DNA from: Octopus sinensis
Taxonomy: Eukaryota
Length of the DNA: 13,604 nt
Reading direction: 5' to 3'
Assembly (NCBI RefSeq): GCF_006345805.1
Contig: NW_021826106.1
Span: 1 to 13,604 of the forward strand
The notes beneath the pieces were generated by a model. That model was not told the origin of the DNA. It saw nothing but the letters and a program-made list of their open reading frames with translations, and did no database searches. Every line of letters starts with the position of its first letter. The first letter of the stretch is position 1. The translations under genes and the position numbers were made by a program. Positions 9,463 through 13,604 of this stretch are shown piece after piece.

Positions 9463-9711
9463 CTTTCAACTTGTCCTTGTACCCAAGGTGCTCTAGGTCT
9501 CCACAGATATGTTTATTTTACAAAATTCACACAGCTTATCCATTTCAGAATTGCGAAACTCCCTTCCGTTATCAGTTTGGAGAATGACGGGTTCTCCAAT
9601 AACGTAAAAAATATTCTCAAGTAGAGATGAAATTTCCAATGCACTTTTATTCTTTGCTAATTTTACAACAGCATACTTAGTAAACGAATCAATGACCACT
9701 AGTAAACGAAC

Positions 9712-9739
9712 CTTCATATAAATAATTATTTAAGTTTCC
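9712..9739 (-). other. Probable degenerate mini-intron (~28 nt, GG instead of GT donor)
   Basis: AT-rich, frame-breaking interruption ending in AG between SW and (VR)LLVVID, the site of the 1507-1535 intron in copy 1; exact boundaries uncertain. Confidence 0.45.
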
Positions 9740-9865
9740 CCACGAGTTTGATCGATTTATTTCTAAATATCTTCTGAGATCTATAAGATCTGCGATATAA
9801 CGGTCTCTAGGACCTCTGGCAATGATTGGAGTGATAGGTGGCTTGGTTGCCATCAATTTTTTGGA

Positions 9866-9891
9866 CTAGCTAATAAATAAATAGCCAATAC
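9866..9891 (-). other. 26-nt GT-AG mini-intron in integrase copy 2
   Basis: tgtcaa|GTATTGGCTATTTTATTATTAGCTAG|tccaaa; removal puts CVYCQ in frame with SKKLMATKPPITPII. Confidence 0.8.
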
Positions 9892-9951
9892 TTGACAGTA
9901 AACACATTTGTCTAAAACAAAGCGGATATCTTCTCTCATTATGTTATAGAA

Positions 9952-10582
9952 CAGGGCTGGCCAACCCAAGGCCCGCGGCCCGCGAGAGAAATTTTGTATG
10001 AAGTTAACCTATAAATACATTCAAGATAAATTTTTCTTAAGTTTAATAAATAAAGATAAATTTATAAGTTTAATAAATTTTAAAGTTTATCTATTTTTGT
10101 AGCTGTTATCATATGAGAAAAAAGGAAAATTTTGAAGAAAAAGGCAATTCAGCACAATCATTGGGAGAAGATTACTTTTTTATAATGCATAATTCTAAGC
10201 CAACATGTTTATTTGCAAGGAGAAAGTATCGGTGGTGAAAGAGTACAATGTAAGAAGACATTATGAAACAAAGCATTCCGAATACGCGAAATTTAGTAAG
10301 GAATTGAAACAAGGAACTGGATTCGCTTAAATCTGAATTGAGAAATCAGCAAAGACTATTAAATTCATCGATACACTCTTCTTCTGATACTGTTAAAGCA
10401 AGCTACTCTGTTGCAATGATAATTTCAAGAGAATGAAATCATTTTCGGATGGAGAATTCGTAAAAGAGTGTTTGGATGCTGTCGTGAAAGACATTTTGCC
10501 AGATAAAACTAAAAAAGTTTTCAAACATTAGCTTGTCACGTCAAACCATATGTCGCAGGGTAATGACATTTCAAATGAAATT
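9952..10582 (+). mobile_element. 5' fragment of a Buster/SPIN-like hAT transposon (GTF2IRD2-like transposase N-terminus)
   Basis: Terminus CAGGGCTGGCCAAC at 9952 preceded by TTATAGAA (nnnTAnnn target); GGCCCGCG subterminal repeats; from ~10113 decayed coding EDYFF..KPTCL.CKEKVSVVKEYNVRRHYETKH (zf-BED-like), KASY, FSDGEFVKECL, SLSRQTICRRV; no right TIR. Confidence 0.85.
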
Positions 10583-11222
10583 CCACTTTTCCCAGCAAAT
10601 TCATTTTCCCCAGTCCTCTTATTTCCCTTTAATGGAGTTCAATAATTACACTTTTGTAAATGATAAAATTTTTAATAATTAATTAAGATAGTTGTCAATC
10701 TACTGAATCTACAAGAGTTAGAAATTTTGTTGCTTAATTCTTGTAACTTCAAGAAATTTGATGTAAAGAATTAGTAGATGCACATTCCATCTGTCCATCA
10801 CAGTTGCAACAAATTATAAAACCACAAAGGAGTCTTCTCAGGCACTCAACGGAGTAGGCATGGTCAAAATTTCCTTTTTCAAATCCACTCATCGACTAGA
10901 TCAAACTAGTAAGTTGGTAAAAAAATTACAATCCCTAGAAAATATTGTGTTAAAGTGTCAAAACAGCTGAAGAGATTTTGGTGTATACGACAAACAAACT
11001 CAATACGTATAACCTCCATTTGGGGCAGACCTCTGGCTTGGGGAACCTCTATTTTGGGGGGAAACCTCTATTTTTGGGGTAGTTTGAAAGGATATAATTT
11101 TTATGCGGTAATTTCCAAATTTAGAAATTACCGGAACCTCTAAGTGGGGCACGATTTTTAATTTATATACATATTTGCTATTAAAATTAAAATTAATTAT
11201 ATAAAATTTCATTTGGAAGCCT

Positions 11223-11497
11223 GCCCCAGCTAACATAGCAATGGAGGGCTACTTCCTGAAAGAGGGATCGAGCTTCCGTGGACGTCCACGTGTTACGCTG
11301 CCGGAAACACTTGACGGAGACCTGAAATGTGTGAAGAAAAGGCTAAGGAGTGGTGAGGATCTGGACGAGCTGAGGAAACTCGCTCACGACAGAGGAGGTT
11401 GGAGGAGGTGGTTCAAGGATTTTGTTTTTAATGCTGCACGAGTAAAATTATAAACTAAATGATTCTACGTATGTTGCAAATAATAATAATAATAATA
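11223..11497 (+). mobile_element. 5'-truncated RTE-like LINE 3' end with (AAT)7 tail and 12-bp TSD
   Basis: TSD ATTTGGAAGCCT at 11211-11222 and 11498-11509; encodes PANIAMEGYF...RGRPRVTLPETLDGDLK...LRKLAHDRGGWR (RTE-type RT C-terminus); (AAT)7 at 11479-11499. Confidence 0.88.
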
Positions 11498-11535
11498 ATT
11501 TGGAAGCCTCGTGTAATTTTTGTATTCTTGTTGTT

Positions 11536-12980
11536 ATGGCTCGTAAGCTTAGTCTTGAGTTAAAGATCAAAATTGCCAAGGAATTAGTGAAAATAAACAT
11601 CTTACTGAACGAGATATTGTAGATAAGTACAAAATTAGTAAAGGTTTTTTATTAATGTAAGTTTTTAGGCGCTGTGTCACGTATTAAAAAAAAATTATCT
11701 CAATTTTTTAATACTGGGGCTGTTCAAACAGATTTTCCCAGAAATATTCAACGCTCTCCTCATACTTTATCCCAAAAATTGGATATAAATTGTTTTTGAG
11801 GCTTTCACCAAGACAAGGGAAGAATTTATTCCTGTGTCCGGTCCTCTTTTAAAAAATATTGCTTCCAAAGTAGCAAGGATGTTGAATTATTCGGCGTTCA
11901 AAGGGTCCAATGGCTGGTTGGAAAAAATTTAAGAAAAGACATATGTTGTCATTTAAGACAATTAGTGGAGAGAAAAACTCTTCCGATGTTTCTTCGCTTG
12001 ATATGTTTTTTCCAAGTATGATGAATACGTAAAAGAATATGGTCTTCAAAATATTTTTAATTGCGACGAAACTGGGTTATATATTAAAAGGATACCTTCA
12101 AAATCATTTGTAAGTTCGGATGGATGAAGATTGTTTCGGAATTAAAAGGAGTAAAGAAAAATTCCACTATTCTTTTGTCGGTCAGTGCTTGTGGCGAAAA
12201 ATTGAAGCCATTGTTAGTAGGAAAATATAAATCCCCACGTTGTATGAAAAACTTTAACCTGAAGAACATGGAGTTTCATATTCATCATCTAAAAACAGTT
12301 GGATGACATCAGAAATATTTATTACATGGCTCACCATTACAATGAACAAATGATTACGCAAAAGAGAAAAATTGTTTTGTTACTTGATAACGCAAGCTGT
12401 CACAAATATATCCATCTTTCCAACATTGAATTGTTTTTTCTCCCAAAAAATACAACCTCATTAATTCAACCGTTAGACATGGGTATTATTAAATCTTTCA
12501 AGTCCAATTATCTTAACGCTTCATTGGATTTTACTCTTTATTTGAGGACGTTGAGTTACAAATTGTTAATTTAAAAAAAATAAATCTTCGTCATGTCATA
12601 ATAATGTTGGAAAAACATGGCAAAATTTAAATCCTGAAACAATAACGAATTGTTGGGAAACAATTAATAACTATCGGCAACAGATTCCTAGTTCAAATTT
12701 TTTAGTTAACAGTGAGAAAGAAAATTTGGACACGATAATTGCAGACGTAATTGCTGAAAATGAAGAAGAAAATAATGATGAGTCAATATATGACCAAACT
12801 GAATGCAACTGTTCACACTTGGACACGATAACAGCAATGAATAACCTTGAAGAGAATATTCACCGTTTGTTTCACGATGCGTTAAAAGACTATTACAATT
12901 TCAGAAAAATATTGGGCATACATATGAAGAAATCTGCAACAGGAAACAAAATAACAGATTATTTTCGTGTAATAGAATAA
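11536..12980 (+). pseudogene. Tigger transposase (HTH + DDE_1, DD29D), frameshifted, one mini-intron
   Basis: MARKLSLELKIKI; KYKISKG|AVSRIKK; FKGSNGWLEKFKKRH; NCDETGLY; GKYKSPRC; SWMTSEIF; LLLDNASCH-(29 aa)-QPLDMGIIKSFK; KITDYF then stop at 12978-12980. Confidence 0.92.
11644..11668 (+). other. 25-nt GT-AG mini-intron (phase 1) in the Tigger B HTH
   Basis: agtaaag|GTTTTTTATTAATGTAAGTTTTTAG|gcgctg; removal yields ISKGAVSRIKK and removes an in-frame stop. Confidence 0.8.
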
Positions 12981-13604
12981 AAAATTTTTTTCTACTTGAA
13001 AAATACTCTAATTATCAATAAAATTAGTGGAAAACATGTTTAAATGTTCTTAAAAATACTTTATTTATTTATAAATTAATGAAAAATATGCTAAAACTAT
13101 TAAAATTATTATAAAAATAAAGAAATTTCAGACCTCCATTTTTGGGGAAACCTCTATTTTTGGGGCAATTTTTCAAAATTGATGCCCCAAATGGAGGTTA
13201 TACTGTACCACTGAGAGCAGTGTGTAAATTCATTTATATTTAATAATTACGAGTTAACACTTAAAACAAACCGGACGTGACGCCGTTTTAATAAAAAAAA
13301 CGTACGTAAATTGTTATTCCGAAGTGTGAAACTCCATTTTTAATAAAAAAGACATAGATTTCTACGCGAGAATGTTTGAGCAGTAGCATCCTAAATAATG
13401 GATTTCCTTCAATTTTATTTTCCTGCTTAATTTAATATTTTTTAATTTTTACTTTAAAATAAACACTAATCAACTTCTTGTTCATTACTGCTAGATCCTC
13501 AAATTTCGATCGAGTAGATCCTCATTTTTGCACACACAGTCTGCAATACTTTAACATCACTTAATTTGATTTTTCAAATTGCGATTTGAAGTTCGTAATT
13601 GCCA

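Larger units (their letters stand above)
7674..9951 (-). mobile_element. Ginger-like DNA transposon, copy 2; 5' part displaced by a hAT, 3' subterminal region carrying a 673-bp insert
   Basis: Integrase at 8893-9951; terminus TGTCACCGGCTCATTAATGGACC at 7674 with a 17-bp-period repeat; AACCCTAA (8687) and CCCTATGCGG (8720) as in copy 1; spacing to the terminus matches copy 1 once 7874-8546 is removed (340 vs 346 bp). Confidence 0.6.
8893..9951 (-). pseudogene. Retroviral-type integrase/transposase (rve, DD35E-type), copy 2, intron-containing
   Basis: FYNIMREDIRFVLDKCVYCQ|SKKLMATKPPITPIIARGPRDRYIADLIDLRRY...LLVVIDSFTKY...ILQTDNGREF...QGQVER|FNQSIKRW...YNRTKHDTTK...NVNISRLSKILK-stop (8893-8895). 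Confidence 0.85.
11006..13205 (+). mobile_element. Full-length Tigger/pogo DNA transposon (Tigger B) with both TIRs and TA TSD
   Basis: TA(11004-11005)|C-GTATAACCTCCATTTGGGGCA and TGCCCCAAATGGAGGTTATACTG|TA(13206-13207), 22/23 match with one deletion; ACCTCT/CATTTTTGGGG subterminal repeats at both ends. Confidence 0.93.

Noticed and set aside
300-9951. Ty3/Gypsy LTR retrotransposons
   Set aside because: No gag, protease, RT, RNase H or LTR pair seen; the integrases contain introns.
10583-11003. Missing 5' part of integrase copy 2 or the hAT right end
   Set aside because: No second TTATAGAA, no hAT TIR and no recognisable protein motif in any frame.
13208-13604. piggyBac-like end (TTAACAC at ~13254) or gene fragment
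   Set aside because: TTAA is common in AT-rich DNA; no partner end or recognisable coding sequence.

Overview
AT-rich eukaryotic DNA made almost entirely of nested, decayed transposable elements; no host gene, RNA gene or CRISPR array is recognisable. It contains two divergent integrase-only (DD35E, Gypsy-like/Ginger-type) elements (~300-1884 and ~7674-9951, minus strand), three pogo/Tigger elements with transposase remnants (4437-5047, 5050-7151, 11006-13205) plus two orphan pogo-type termini, a 5' fragment of a Buster/SPIN-like hAT, four non-LTR fragments (R4/RLE-like, Jockey/I-like RT, PHD-bearing CRE-like, RTE-like 3' end with 12-bp TSD) and a 3 x ~215-bp tandem repeat. The main observation is that the DNA-transposon genes are split by 25-29-nt GT-AG mini-introns. 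Removing them restores canonical motifs (VER|FNQ, FSW|ILV, CQ|SKK, IE|AEH, SK-G|AVSRI), and one intron position is shared by both integrase copies. This explains why the ORF track misses these genes and argues that the integrases move as DNA. A 581-nt insertion in one Tigger has an 8-bp direct repeat and GT-AG ends that would splice out exactly (introner-like). The host is inferred, not shown, to be a parasite-like eukaryote with very short introns (microsporidian- or myxozoan-like). All family assignments come from motif recognition by eye; no database search was run.
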